DNA from: Candidatus Binatia bacterium
Lineage (GTDB): Bacteria > Desulfobacterota > Binatia > HRBIN30
Assembly (NCBI GenBank): GCA_038245295.1
Contig: JBBRSP010000001.1
Coordinates: 32,001 to 96,000 of the forward strand
Reading direction: 5' to 3'
DNA length: 64,000 nt
The notes beneath the pieces were generated by a model. That model ran no database searches. It was given only the letters and a program-made list of their open reading frames with translations, and was not told where the DNA came from. Every line of letters begins with the position of its first letter. The first letter of the stretch is position 1. Position numbers and translations under genes: made by a program. Positions 47,301 through 57,288 of this stretch are shown here, one piece after another.

Positions 47301-48600
47301 CAGAGTCCGTGACATACAACCATCCGGTTTGCGAATCGAAAGTGACATCCGAAGGGAACGCCATTTTGTCGAGTGCTCGGGCCGTGCTCCCTTGCGACGT
47401 CGTGGTGCAATTCGGCTGACCGAGCACGACGTCCGCCGTTTGCTGAATGATGCCACCAATCCTGGGGAATCGAAGGACGCGAGCGTTGCCGGAGTCGGCA
47501 ACCCACATACTCCCAGAGTTGTCGAAGGCGAGCCCGCCGACGGTTTCGAAATGCAAGGATTGGCAGGTGGCGCTGGCGCCGCGGTTCGCCTGGTTCGCCG
47601 AATAGTCGGCTTGGCCCCAGACCGCATCGGCGGTGGAGTCGGTATTGAATGGGTCGTCGAACCTGAGGACGCGATTGTTGTAGAGATCCGTGACGTACAG
47701 AGCGCCTGCCGCGTCGACCTCCAAATTGGCCGCCATCACGGTTTCACCGATACTCACCTGGGTTGGCGGGATCAGGCAGAGACTCGTGTTCGATGCTGGG
47801 GCACGCGACGGTAGCAGCTGAGCTGTACCGTCGCCGTTGCAAGCGGAAACGTCCACCGCGCTGGGCTGACCGATGACCTTTTGGATCTGGATTTCGGCAT
47901 CTGGAGTACAAGCGCCGCCACCACAGTCTGAATCCGACATGCACGTCGTACCACTCACGGTGCCACCAGTGCAGTTTCCGATGTGATCGAATGCGATGAT
48001 TCGATTGTTGTTGGTATCGGCGATGTAGAGGCGGGTTGGCTGACCGGCGCGCGTGTCAAAAGCCAAGCCCCCGGGCCATTGCATGACAGCTGCGGTCGTT
48101 TTGGCATAGGCGTTTTGGCCAAAATCCGGCTGGCCAAGAACAATGTCGGCCCAAAGATCGCCGCTGCTACCGCGTTGCGGGCCGTTGTCGAGCTGCGCCG
48201 TTATGCAGTCGGATACGGGGTCGTTTCCGGACGGTCGGTCGGCGACGACCCTGTAATAGTAGGTTGTACCGGGCGCGAGGCTCGACGACGTACCGAAGCG
48301 GGCTCTATCTGTAGGCAGCTTGCCCGTGTCGCCGTAAGCGTTGGTGGCGCTAGACACATTGTATGTCGTAAACGTCGTGAAGGCCGACGAGGTGCTACGT
48401 TGAATTTGATATTGAGAGATGCCGGCTTGCGGTGCCCAACTTAGCGCGATTTCGATTGTCGTCGACCCGATGTGACGCAAGGCGAAGCTACCCGCGCCGC
48501 AAATTGCGCTCGCCGGCGCAGCAACGGAACCGGCGGCGATGCCGGCAGCCACGACTGCCATCGTCCACGCCTTTCGGATACCCCTCTCGCACCATCGCAT
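44302..48600 (-). CDS. Large secreted protein: FN3-like, NHL repeats, LamG-like domain, Pro/Thr linker, Cys-rich C-terminal domain
   Basis: Signal peptide; LAPGTTYYYRV; ADxVLGQP repeats; VLSDSPTGYYHLGE..LDEIAFY..ALS; TPT repeats; WKWTRG..FGNP..YTLCIYD tail. Confidence 0.8.
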   Translation of the reverse strand: MRWCERGIRKAWTMAVVAAGIAAGSVAAPASAICGAGSFALRHIGSTTIEIALSWAPQAGISQYQIQRSTSSAFTTFTTYNVSSATNAYGDTGKLPTDRARFGTSSSLAPGTTYYYRVVADRPSGNDPVSDCITAQLDNGPQRGSSGDLWADIVLGQPDFGQNAYAKTTAAVMQWPGGLAFDTRAGQPTRLYIADTNNNRIIAFDHIGNCTGGTVSGTTCMSDSDCGGGACTPDAEIQIQKVIGQPSAVDVSACNGDGTAQLLPSRAPASNTSLCLIPPTQVSIGETVMAANLEVDAAGALYVTDLYNNRVLRFDDPFNTDSTADAVWGQADYSANQANRGASATCQSLHFETVGGLAFDNSGSMWVADSGNARVLRFPRIGGIIQQTADVVLGQPNCTTTSQGSTARALDKMAFPSDVTFDSQTGWLYVTDSDFSGVSRVLEFRPGFTTGMSAARALPINLTCDIGGHYTRSQELFIDSVSHALWVGNDCFYLDRFDLDSPSLTKLSTTQVPVLYGSGTDPSGDLLALDKWAGNTGQLLRFRRSLFGQSPSSQLQSAQQVFPKTRAGIGPDDLRFGFGGALYGDQLVVADGHRLLIWNGFDLAFATTHMAADDVLGETDLYTATFQNYFAFPQIVGTELWVMHTQNPKDEILVFSSQLGNCMGGGCKPARTIGLNAAAGFTGYPVLGFPGTLMTTAGADFIDFAATPNGDEVWIADSTNSRVYRVVNLKGLRNVSTGAYVDVILGQPSPTSSGCNGHDSAPTANTLCVPYYVSLDASGNLFVSDNGGEGGSTHRLLEFDASAFPASTGTLALVAPNATRVYGTGGSFTTQGTAASQDPLISPLKPAFSPQGYMILPNNPYAATRYPLLFTAPLASTLPQLALGDFTGFASGSPFFDSEGNLYLYDTDWSRLLIYKTPFEKLTFPNPQPTPTRDGTHTPTATPTPYAGPNYAATVLSDSPTGYYHLGELSGAIAFDSSGGGFHAAYSGSGVGKGLPSLLTSTSDKSISVDGANGAVIAPQTADTAAYTIEAWFKPSGTDSGTMAPRVVVLRVNAGGNYVQELTVQRFGSEARFQHRVFLTSTAELIVTSSRTVTPGQTYHLVGTAANGGFVRLFVNGVEEGTPLPVTTLAAGDHWQMGYAAGGGWSNGFGQLDEIAFYGQALSAERIIAHFSAGSGQAAPATPTPTFTISATPTSTGAATRTPTVTATTTATRTHTATPSPTHTASPSGTVTEIEPPLPTQTPSPTGTPFRCPPEPIVGCRVSLKSSFSLKYATLPTRNSMTWKWTRGATTDTAEFGNPLESTGYTLCIYDDAPAPLLVGQFFVPAARICGTKACGATSRLTGFRYLDRLKAADGILRTRLYSGVAGKASIIMVGKGLALPLPVPLSPTQFLNQAPAVIVQLQKSDGPPCWEASYTASARRNTGTWFNAVTP

Positions 48601-48718
48601 CCGCTTTTGCCCCCGCCTCTTGACCGCATCCGGCTGACGTGTCGGGGAATCTCGCCGATCGTTTGGTGGTAGTCAAGGAAACTCGTACCCACGAACTCCT
48701 ATGCTCGCGATCTCGGCT

Positions 48719-49894
48719 TCAACCGCGTTCCAGCGCCGCGACGCATTCCACGTGTTCGGTCTGCGGCAAGAGGTCGAACGGCAGGAGGTTCGCGGTGCGG
48801 TAGCCGTGCTGGGCGAACCAATCGAGATCGCGCGCCAGGGTGGTGGGATCACAGGAGACGTAGGCGATACGTTTGGGCTCGGCCCGCAGGATCGCTTCGC
48901 GGGTGCGCTCGTCGGCGCCTTTGCGTGGTGGATTGAGGGTGATGATGTCGACGCTGCCGAGCAGGTCGAGCAACTTCGGTAACTCTACGCCGACGTCGCC
49001 GCAATAGAAACGCACATTGTGGAAGCCGTTGAGCTTGGTGTTGCGTTTGGCGTCTTGCACCGCCACCGGCGAGGCTTCGATGGCGAAGACGCGCTTCGCG
49101 GTGATGGCCAGCTGGAAACTCAGACCGCCGACACCGCAGTAGAGGTCGATCGCCGCCGACTCGGCGTCGGGCGCCGCCCACTTCGCCGCCGTCTCGTACA
49201 GGCGTCGTGCGACCGGCACATTGGCCTGCAGGAAGGCGCCGGGGTTGGTGATGAACTTGAACGAGCCGACACGTTCGGTGAGCGTCGGCTCGCCGGCAAG
49301 CTGAACATACTCCCTGCCAAGGATGACGTTGCCTGGATCGTCGTTGATGTTCTGCACGACGCCGGTGACGCGCGGCAAGGCGGCGATGGCGCGTGCGAGT
49401 TGGCGTCCCTGCGGGATCGTGCGTTCGGCCGAGACGAGAATGACCTGCACCGACTTCGACCACGTGGCGGCGCGCACCACCACATAACGTAACCAGCCGT
49501 GGCGCGTGCGCTCGTCGTAGGCCAGCACCTTGTGGTCATCGAGCACCGCGCCGAGACGGGTCAGTACGTCGCGGATCAGGGGATGATGCACGGGGCACTC
49601 GCTGATGTCGCTCACCTGATGTGTGCCGGGTCGGTAGATGCCCAGCAATAGGTTGCGTCCGGCTCGCCGCACGACGAGTTTGGCCTGATTGCGATAGCCG
49701 AACGAATGCGGCGCGCCGACCACCTCCGGGATCTCGACATGGCGCAGAGACTCGTAGGCGCCGAAGGCGTCAACGACGCGCTGCTGCTTGAAGGCCATCT
49801 GCTCACGGTATGGCTTGCCGATCAGCGGACAACCGAAACAGCGCGGGTAGTGGGCGCAGGGTAGGGCGTTGGTAGCTGGTGTTGGAGGGCTCAT
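48719..49894 (-). CDS. rlmD: 23S rRNA (uracil-1939-C5)-methyltransferase
   Basis: CAHYPRCFGC, FLQAN, DLYCGVG, NPPRKG, YVSCDPTTLARD, HVECV. Confidence 0.9.
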   Translation of the reverse strand: MSPPTPATNALPCAHYPRCFGCPLIGKPYREQMAFKQQRVVDAFGAYESLRHVEIPEVVGAPHSFGYRNQAKLVVRRAGRNLLLGIYRPGTHQVSDISECPVHHPLIRDVLTRLGAVLDDHKVLAYDERTRHGWLRYVVVRAATWSKSVQVILVSAERTIPQGRQLARAIAALPRVTGVVQNINDDPGNVILGREYVQLAGEPTLTERVGSFKFITNPGAFLQANVPVARRLYETAAKWAAPDAESAAIDLYCGVGGLSFQLAITAKRVFAIEASPVAVQDAKRNTKLNGFHNVRFYCGDVGVELPKLLDLLGSVDIITLNPPRKGADERTREAILRAEPKRIAYVSCDPTTLARDLDWFAQHGYRTANLLPFDLLPQTEHVECVAALERG

Positions 49895-50016
49895 GGGGGC
49901 GTGTGCTTGTAAGTTGCTGATAGCACACGCGCAAGAAGTGCGGACCGTTGCCACGAATCAATCGACGCTGCTGCCGGTTGATTGCGTATCGGCGCCAACC
50001 CTGACAGCGTGCGCCG

Positions 50017-51882
50017 GTGCTCGCGCCGATCTTGTCTCTAGCGATCGTTGCCTTCTACGTTTGGAGCGTCTGGCGTTTGCTCCGCCATGAATCACGGGAG
50101 TTCCATCTCGTCCTCCTCGTGATCGTCATACTGGCCCTGGCGCTGCGTCTGGCCTATCTCGGCGACTATCCCCCCGGCCTCAATGAAGACGAAGTAAAGG
50201 GTCTGGAGCGCGGCCAGGTGGCACTCAACGAAGGCACCCTCTTTGGCCGCGGCGTCGAAGGGCCGATCCTCTTGAACGCCCTCTTCATGTCGCAGCTCTT
50301 GCCGCTGTTGGGTCCCGTGCGCTGGGCCGTGCGCGGCTACTCCTTTGTCGGCGGGATTCTCGCCTGCGCGGTGATCGCCGCGGTCGGACGCGCCATGCGG
50401 CTGGGCCGCGTCGCTTCCCTGGTGGGCGCCGCTCTGGTTGCCGTTTTGCCGGTTTTCAATTTCTACAGCCGTGTCGCGTGGGGCGGCGAGCTGACGTTCC
50501 ATCAGGCGCTGCTGCTCGCGGCCCTAGCCCGTCTGATATGGCAAAATGGCAACCGCGGCGATGTTGTCGTGGGTGGCGTCGCCAGCGGTCTGCTGCTGTG
50601 GGACTACGCCGCCGGCCGCTCGATGCTCGCCATGCCGATTCTGGCAGCAGCCCTGGCAAGTGGCATGAACAGTTTACGCTGCCTGCTCATTCCCCTTGGT
50701 GGCCTCCTCGTCTGGAGCCCCTATCTAGCCGGGTTTTGGCTCTGGGTGCGCGATCAGTTCGGCGCCACACTCGATCCAGGCTACCATGACTCGACGCTCA
50801 CCACCGTGGCTCGCAAGTTCGTCGGGGCACTCGACGCACTGACACGACCACGCTCGCGGACCGGCTGGATGAGCATTCCAAGCGGCGCAACGTTTCCCTG
50901 GTTGGCTCTCGGATTAGCCCCCCTGGGCTTTGTGCGGAGCTGGCGTCATGCGGTGTTCTTGCTCGGCGGGTTCTGCCTCGGCCTGACACCCAGCTTGCTC
51001 AGCGAAGGCACGGCGCCGAGCGCTCACCGCATGCTGATGGCCTACACCTTCATTCCATTGGCCATCGCTTGTGGAATCGATGCCGTGCCGCGGCCGCGGC
51101 TGCGCTGTTGGGCCGCTGTGTCGTGTGTTGCCGTGCTTGGCGTGCTGAGCGTGCGGTCCTTCTTCTCGGCAACATACTGGGACAACGAGTCCCAGGCCGT
51201 TTTCCCGCGCGACCGCACCCTCCTCGCCGAGACCGCCGAGCGCAACCCGGCGGTGCGCAAGATTGTCGACGGGGGCATCAAGTATCATTGGGGTTTGCGC
51301 CGCCTCAGTGCCAAGGATTCGGAGTTGCTATCAGTCGAAAACTGGCTGCCGCCAACGGGTGTGCCGCTGCAGTACGTGATGGGACCGCACTCCAGCGCGC
51401 TGCGCGCCTTTTACCTCGATCTCTTTGGCAGCGAGCGCATGACGATGATCGGCCAGGGCTTTCTGTTGCGTCTCGAAGCCGCCGATTGGAGGTGGATCGA
51501 AGCGCACGGATGGACCTACCGCGCGACTTGCGAGGCTACCGTGCGTCAAATCCATGTGCCGACGTTGCATCAACGGGGCATTGGCTTCCGCGATCTCGCT
51601 TGCCCACACGGGGCGGATCACGAGTGGCGCGCCCGCTGGAACGGCCCGCGTGAGTGGGTCGCCGTGACCTTCTCGGGCGACCTCGGCGTTGAAGTGAATG
51701 AACGGCTGGTGGCCGAAAAACACGGGGAAGAGCAGGAGCAAACCTTTGAGCTCGTCCCAGGCGACGACGTTCGCCTTCACTTGCACACCGAGGGCCTGTG
51801 GCCCGATGTCAAGCTGTTCGAAATGTCGCCGCAAACCCGCCGCCTGCCGCGCTGGGAATCGGCTACGCCGATCGATCCCTAG
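50017..51882 (+). CDS. GT-C (PMT/GT39-like) membrane glycosyltransferase-like protein
   Basis: LRLAYL..YPPGLNEDE first loop; multiple TMs; soluble C-terminal domain. Confidence 0.65.
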   Translation: MLAPILSLAIVAFYVWSVWRLLRHESREFHLVLLVIVILALALRLAYLGDYPPGLNEDEVKGLERGQVALNEGTLFGRGVEGPILLNALFMSQLLPLLGPVRWAVRGYSFVGGILACAVIAAVGRAMRLGRVASLVGAALVAVLPVFNFYSRVAWGGELTFHQALLLAALARLIWQNGNRGDVVVGGVASGLLLWDYAAGRSMLAMPILAAALASGMNSLRCLLIPLGGLLVWSPYLAGFWLWVRDQFGATLDPGYHDSTLTTVARKFVGALDALTRPRSRTGWMSIPSGATFPWLALGLAPLGFVRSWRHAVFLLGGFCLGLTPSLLSEGTAPSAHRMLMAYTFIPLAIACGIDAVPRPRLRCWAAVSCVAVLGVLSVRSFFSATYWDNESQAVFPRDRTLLAETAERNPAVRKIVDGGIKYHWGLRRLSAKDSELLSVENWLPPTGVPLQYVMGPHSSALRAFYLDLFGSERMTMIGQGFLLRLEAADWRWIEAHGWTYRATCEATVRQIHVPTLHQRGIGFRDLACPHGADHEWRARWNGPREWVAVTFSGDLGVEVNERLVAEKHGEEQEQTFELVPGDDVRLHLHTEGLWPDVKLFEMSPQTRRLPRWESATPIDP

Positions 51883-51885
51883 CCT

Positions 51886-52800
51886 TCAACCGCCAAGCAG
51901 GTCGCGCGCCAGGCTCCGGCTGCCGCGACGCGCCAGTGTCTTATGGAGGAAGGCCGCGATCTCGCGCGGTTTCGGGTGGCGTAACATCTCGACGAGCACC
52001 TGCCGCGTGTAGCGGCGCACCGAGCGCCGGTGGCAGGCCAAGGCCGTCGGGTCGTTGTCGTACTCGGGGAGAATTTCGTGGTCGAAGTGTGCATGTCCGT
52101 CGGTGCCCGCAACCAGCGTGGCGCTTTCGCGTGGGCCGCGACGCCACGCGGTCGCGGCGATGTAACGGATGGCGAGTCCGGCACGCAGCTGATCCGACGG
52201 ATTCGCTGGCGAGCCGTGAATCATTCGGAGGTCGTGCAAGGACGCTTGTCCGGCACGCAGTTGCATGGCCACGGTGTCGCGTTCGTTGATGTGCGTATCC
52301 AACGATTGGCCGCGCAGCAGCGCGTTGTGCTTGTCGAAGTTTACCCGATGGCGCTGCTCGGGCGCCCGATGTGAGCCGGGGACTACCGAAACGCAGCCGT
52401 TGGCCGTGGTGCTGTCCGTCAGGGCCACCCAGGCGGTGAGGACTTCGTTGCCGGCGAACTTCCAATAGACCGAATCCTGGTGCCACGGCACGTGTTGAGG
52501 ATCGCCCCCTGCCTTGATGAAGAACGTTGAGCGCCAGACGAGCACATCGGGGCCGAGCAGATCGCTGGCGGCACCAATGAGTGCCGGGTGACGCACCAAA
52601 TCGGCGGCCCACTTGAGATAGAGATGCGGCTTGTGTCGGTGTGCCGGAGACAGCGGCAAGCCATTGGCGGCAAGCAACGAACGAAACGCGGCTTGGGTTG
52701 CGGCGAGAGTCGCGCCGCTCAGGACTTCGATCGGATAGAAATAACCGTCGGCGCGATACTGGGCGAGGGCGTCATCGGCGAGGCGGCGCGGTACCGCCAT
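51886..52800 (-). CDS. PhyH family Fe(II)/2-oxoglutarate dioxygenase
   Basis: PWHQD, TAWVALTD, VVPGSH, IHGSPAN.S..RAGL. Confidence 0.9.
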   Translation of the reverse strand: MAVPRRLADDALAQYRADGYFYPIEVLSGATLAATQAAFRSLLAANGLPLSPAHRHKPHLYLKWAADLVRHPALIGAASDLLGPDVLVWRSTFFIKAGGDPQHVPWHQDSVYWKFAGNEVLTAWVALTDSTTANGCVSVVPGSHRAPEQRHRVNFDKHNALLRGQSLDTHINERDTVAMQLRAGQASLHDLRMIHGSPANPSDQLRAGLAIRYIAATAWRRGPRESATLVAGTDGHAHFDHEILPEYDNDPTALACHRRSVRRYTRQVLVEMLRHPKPREIAAFLHKTLARRGSRSLARDLLGG

Positions 52801-53321
52801 CACCAACCGCGCGACATGTCGAACTTGAACGGGATGCGGTCATTGTCGAGGGGCAAACGCAGCTTGTCCGGATCGGTGTGGTCGAACGGTACGGTCTTGA
52901 AGTTGACGGCGATGACGTCGCTGCTGCCGAGATTACGATCGGCATGCCAGATTCCCGGCGGGATATTCATGATGCGGCGTCGGTAGGATGACAGGACAAC
53001 CCGCGCCACCAACCCGAGCGTCGGCGATTGTGGGCGCTCGTCGTACAACACCAACTCCATCTCGCCGAACATTACGAAATAGCGATCTTCGGTCTTCTCG
53101 TGCAGAGACCAGCCCTTGATCATGCCGGGACGGATCGTAAACGCGTAGGCGAACGTGCATGGCTCGGACAGCAATCCCCAGCGTAAATCAAAGATCTCGA
53201 AGACCTCGCCGCGTGCATCGCCGTGGGTTTGCACGTCGTGGAAATGCACGCCATGCGGCAGTGGGGTGATGGGTTCTCCCGCTGACGTCACCGTCTGGCG
53301 ATCCTTGCTTGGAGCATTCAT
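52800..53321 (-). CDS. dTDP-4-dehydrorhamnose 3,5-epimerase-like cupin (RmlC-like)
   Basis: HGDARGEVFE, PGMIKGWSLH, LYDERPQSPT, IPPGIWH. Confidence 0.8.
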   Translation of the reverse strand: MNAPSKDRQTVTSAGEPITPLPHGVHFHDVQTHGDARGEVFEIFDLRWGLLSEPCTFAYAFTIRPGMIKGWSLHEKTEDRYFVMFGEMELVLYDERPQSPTLGLVARVVLSSYRRRIMNIPPGIWHADRNLGSSDVIAVNFKTVPFDHTDPDKLRLPLDNDRIPFKFDMSRGW

Positions 53322-54181
53322 GCGATTGGCGTGCCCTCTTGCGGGCGCGTTGTAAGCCGCTGGTACCAGAAGCGCAAGAATTTTGGACCCGACCGTAAGC
53401 CGAACAACAGGAAGTCGCGCCACTGGCGTTGGCGTATTTCCCATGAGCGGTGCCGGTCACCCGAGCGCATGCGCAGCGATGCTACCCATCTGGGGTCTTC
53501 GAGCAAAGCCAAATATTTCGCCTGCGGCGCCTCGCGGCTGAGGTCGTAGTGCCGGTCCCAGTGCAGCGCATAAAAACGCAAGACGGTCAGATGATCGATG
53601 TACGCGGATGGTTGCTCGGACGTCCGCACCCGATTGTAGAATTCGCGATCGCCGAAGCGCACCAGTTGATCGTTCCAATATCCGACGGCGGCGAAAACAT
53701 CGCGCCGATGCACGCAGTTCACCGATCCCATGAACCAGTTGCGCAGAAAGCGCTGGGCGAAAGGGCCGCGCCAGTCGAAGGCGAAGAAGTACGGATCGAG
53801 AGTGTCGGGCACCTGCACGGGGCACGAGCGCATCGCCACCAGACTCAGACGACGGTTTTGCAGCGCCGCTACCGCCGACTCCAGATGATCGGTAAACCAC
53901 AGATCGTCATCGTTGCAGTAGGCGATGATTGGCGCGTTGGTCTCGGCGAGCACTTGGTTGCGATGCGCGTAGCCGAATCCCCGACCCTTCGAGAATCGAT
54001 AGAAGCGCAGACGCTCGTCGTCGAAGCGGCGCACCTGTTGCTCGGTTGCGTCGTCACAGCCGTCGCCGATGACATGCAGCGTGAAGTGTTTGTAGGTCTG
54101 CCGCAACACCGACTCGATTGCATACCCGACGGTGTGCGGACGCTTGAACGTGGGTAGGATGATATCGACGGCGTCGCTCAT
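53318..54181 (-). CDS. GT2 family glycosyltransferase
   Basis: [30 protein letters not shown]. Confidence 0.88.
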   Translation of the reverse strand: MSDAVDIILPTFKRPHTVGYAIESVLRQTYKHFTLHVIGDGCDDATEQQVRRFDDERLRFYRFSKGRGFGYAHRNQVLAETNAPIIAYCNDDDLWFTDHLESAVAALQNRRLSLVAMRSCPVQVPDTLDPYFFAFDWRGPFAQRFLRNWFMGSVNCVHRRDVFAAVGYWNDQLVRFGDREFYNRVRTSEQPSAYIDHLTVLRFYALHWDRHYDLSREAPQAKYLALLEDPRWVASLRMRSGDRHRSWEIRQRQWRDFLLFGLRSGPKFLRFWYQRLTTRPQEGTPIA

Positions 54182-54684
54182 TTATTGGACCGGAATGCTC
54201 CGCTACGGCCGCCGCTCTTCTCCATCAATCTGACCTCGGTGATGACCATCCCACGATCGGCCGCCTTGCACATGTCGTAGATCGTCAGTGCGGCGACACT
54301 GACGGCCGTCAATGCTTCCATTTCAACGCCCGTGCGGCCGCTCACCTTCACCGTTGCCTCGATCTGCAGACGACCACGCCCCGCGACCGTGAAGTCGATA
54401 TTGGCTACCTGAATGGGGAGGGGGTGACACAAGGGGATCAGATCGGACGTGCGCTTGGCCGCCTGAATGCCGGCGATGCGCGCCACGGCCAATACTTCGC
54501 CTTTGGCGATCTTGCCGCTCTGGATCAGGAGCAACGTGGCCGGTTGCATGACCACGACGCAGCGCGCGACGGCGACACGTTCGGTGATCGGCTTGTCTCC
54601 GACATCGACCATGCGGGCGCGGCCCTGCGTGTCGATGTGAGAGAGGGCGGGGGGTTTTGTCTGACGTCCGGGTCGCGTCGGCAT
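54178..54684 (-). CDS. moaC: Cyclic pyranopterin monophosphate synthase
   Basis: [42 protein letters not shown]. Confidence 0.95.
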   Translation of the reverse strand: MPTRPGRQTKPPALSHIDTQGRARMVDVGDKPITERVAVARCVVVMQPATLLLIQSGKIAKGEVLAVARIAGIQAAKRTSDLIPLCHPLPIQVANIDFTVAGRGRLQIEATVKVSGRTGVEMEALTAVSVAALTIYDMCKAADRGMVITEVRLMEKSGGRSGAFRSNK

Positions 54685-54821
54685 ACGGCGTGTATAGCGA
54701 AACCTCGCGGTGAGACGCGACCTCCGGCCGCGATAGCTGGCGAAGGATTCGCAGCCCGCCGCATGCGAGGCTGGACCTACCTGGGTTGCCGAAGCCAACG
54801 TTCAACCCTACCTTGGCGCGT

Positions 54822-55763
54822 ATGCCACACCACAAGCTGATCATCATTGGTTCCGGACCCTCTGGCCTGACGGCGGCGCTTTATGCGGCGCGCGCCGACT
54901 TGGCTCCCGTCGTCATCGAGGGATCGCAGCCCGGTGGTCAGCTGACCATTACCACCGAGGTCGAGAACTATCCCGGCTTCCCGGAAGGGTTGCAGGGGCC
55001 CGAGATGATGGACCGCTTTCGCGCTCAGGCCGAGCGTTTCGGGACGCAATACATCTACGGCGACGTCTCGAAGGTCGAGTTGGCGCAGCGGCCGTTCAAG
55101 CTGCTGGTTGGCAAGGACACATTTACCTGCGACGCCCTGATCATCTCGACCGGCGCTTCCGCGAAACTCCTTGGACTGGAATCGGAGAAACTGTTGATGG
55201 GGCATGGCGTGTCGGCCTGCGCCACCTGCGACGGTTTCTTTTTCAAAGGCAAAGAGCTCGTCGTGGTAGGTGGCGGTGACACGGCGGTCGAGGAAGCACT
55301 CTACCTCACGAAGTTCGCCAGCAAGGTGACGATCGTTCACCGGCGCGACGAACTGCGTGCATCGAAGATCATGCGCGACCGAGCCCTCAAGAATGACAAG
55401 GTCGCTTTTGTCTGGGACTCGATCGTCGAAGAGATCCTGGGTGCCGCCGACAAGACAGGTGTCACCGGCGTGCGCCTGCGCAACGTCAAGACCAACACGG
55501 TCAGCGAGTTCAAGACCGATGGTGTCTTCATGGCCATCGGCCATCAGCCCAATACACAGCTCTTTGTCGGCCAACTCGACATGGACGAGACCGGCTACCT
55601 GCTTACCCAGGCCGGCGGTACGGCAACCAACGTCGAAGGCGTGTTTGCTTGTGGCGACGTGCGCGATCACGTTTACCGCCAGGCCATTACGGCCGCCGGC
55701 TCGGGCTGTATGGCGGCAATCGATGCGGAGCGCTGGCTGGAAACAAAAAAGAGTGAAGAGTAA
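54822..55763 (+). CDS. trxB: Thioredoxin reductase
   Basis: GSGPSG, GVSACATCDG, GGGDTAVEEA, RQAITAAG. Confidence 0.96.
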   Translation: MPHHKLIIIGSGPSGLTAALYAARADLAPVVIEGSQPGGQLTITTEVENYPGFPEGLQGPEMMDRFRAQAERFGTQYIYGDVSKVELAQRPFKLLVGKDTFTCDALIISTGASAKLLGLESEKLLMGHGVSACATCDGFFFKGKELVVVGGGDTAVEEALYLTKFASKVTIVHRRDELRASKIMRDRALKNDKVAFVWDSIVEEILGAADKTGVTGVRLRNVKTNTVSEFKTDGVFMAIGHQPNTQLFVGQLDMDETGYLLTQAGGTATNVEGVFACGDVRDHVYRQAITAAGSGCMAAIDAERWLETKKSEE

Positions 55764-55778
55764 ACGGGGCTTTCACCC

Positions 55779-56549
55779 TTATTTCGTAGTGCGTACGGCT
55801 ACGCCGCGTTCGAGCAGGTAATCCTTGCACTGGTGTACGGTGTATTCGCGATAGTGAAAGATCGACGCGGCGAGTGCCGCGGTGGCGCCGCCGGCGGTGA
55901 GCCCTTGATAGATGTGCTCGAGGTTGCCGACACCGCCCGAGGCGATCACTGGCACGTGCACCGCATCGGCGATGGCCCGGGTTAGCTCGATGTCGTAGCC
56001 GCCTTTGGTGCCGTCACGATCCATGCTGGTGAGCAGGATTTCACCGGCCCCGTAGCGCTCCATTCGTTGAGCCCATTCGATCGCTTCCAGCCCGGTCGGC
56101 TTGCGCCCGCCGTGCGTGAAGACCTCCCAGCGCTGCGGGCTGCCCGGCACACGCTTGGCATCGATGGCGACGACAACGCATTGGCTGCCGAACTTCTCGG
56201 CCGCCTCGCGCACGAACTCAGGTCGGTTCACCGCCGCTGTATTGATCGACACCTTGTCGGCGCCGGCCTTCAGCAGATTGCGGACATCCTGCGCTTCGCG
56301 CACGCCGCCGCCGACCGTGAGCGGCATGAAGACCGTGTCGGCCGTGCGCGCCACGACATCCAGAATAATCCCGCGTTGTTCGTGCGACGCGGTAATGTCG
56401 AGGAAGGTCAACTCGTCGGCGCCTTCGGCGTCGTAGCGCTGCGCCACTTCGACCGGATCGCCGGCATCACGCAGGCCGACGAAGTTGACGCCTTTGACGA
56501 CGCGTCCGTCTTTGACATCGAGGCAGGGAATGATGCGCTTGGCCAACAC
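55779..56549 (-). CDS. hisF: Imidazole glycerol phosphate synthase cyclase subunit
   Basis: [28 protein letters not shown]. Confidence 0.97.
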   Translation of the reverse strand: MLAKRIIPCLDVKDGRVVKGVNFVGLRDAGDPVEVAQRYDAEGADELTFLDITASHEQRGIILDVVARTADTVFMPLTVGGGVREAQDVRNLLKAGADKVSINTAAVNRPEFVREAAEKFGSQCVVVAIDAKRVPGSPQRWEVFTHGGRKPTGLEAIEWAQRMERYGAGEILLTSMDRDGTKGGYDIELTRAIADAVHVPVIASGGVGNLEHIYQGLTAGGATAALAASIFHYREYTVHQCKDYLLERGVAVRTTK

Positions 56550-56553
56550 GGTG

Positions 56554-57279
56554 TCACTCCTTCGCGACGCGGATTGCTTCTGCCAGGTTCACGGCGCCGG
56601 TGTAGATGGCGCGCCCGACGATCACGGCGTCAAGGTTAGCGACCCCGGCGTCGCGCACGGCTCTGATATCCGCCAACGAACCGACGCCGCCCGAGGCGGT
56701 GACGGGAATCTTGACGGCACGCGCCAGATCGGCGGTGGCGCTGACGTTGACGCCTTGCTGTGTGCCGTCACGGCTGATGTCGGTGTAGATGATGCGGCGC
56801 GCGCCCCATTGTTCGACACGCGAGGCTAGATCGCGCGCCGAGACCGTGCTCGTTTCGACCCAGCCCTGCACGGCCACCATCCCATCTCGAGCATCGATGC
56901 CGACGGCGATCCGGCCGGGGAAGCGACGACACGCGTCTTCGACAATCTTGGGCTGTGACAACGCCGAGGTACCGTAGATGACGCAGTCGACGCCCATGTC
57001 GATGAGCTCGGCGGCGCGTTCCACCGTGCGCACTCCGCCGCCAACTTCGATCGGCATGGTCAGGTGTTTGCACAAGCCGGCGATGGCGGCAGCGTTCACC
57101 GGTGTGCCGCTTACGGCGCCGTCGAGATCAACGACATGCAGATACTCCGCGCCCTCCGAGGCCCAGCGTTGGCCCATGGCAACCGGATCGTCGCCATAAA
57201 TGGTCGCCGCATCCATTTCGCCACGCAACAAGCGCACACATTTGCCGCCCTTCAGATCAATCGCTGGAACGATCAGCAT
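56554..57279 (-). CDS. hisA: ProFAR isomerase
   Basis: [30 protein letters not shown]. Confidence 0.96.
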   Translation of the reverse strand: MLIVPAIDLKGGKCVRLLRGEMDAATIYGDDPVAMGQRWASEGAEYLHVVDLDGAVSGTPVNAAAIAGLCKHLTMPIEVGGGVRTVERAAELIDMGVDCVIYGTSALSQPKIVEDACRRFPGRIAVGIDARDGMVAVQGWVETSTVSARDLASRVEQWGARRIIYTDISRDGTQQGVNVSATADLARAVKIPVTASGGVGSLADIRAVRDAGVANLDAVIVGRAIYTGAVNLAEAIRVAKE

Positions 57280-57288
57280 CCTCGTACC

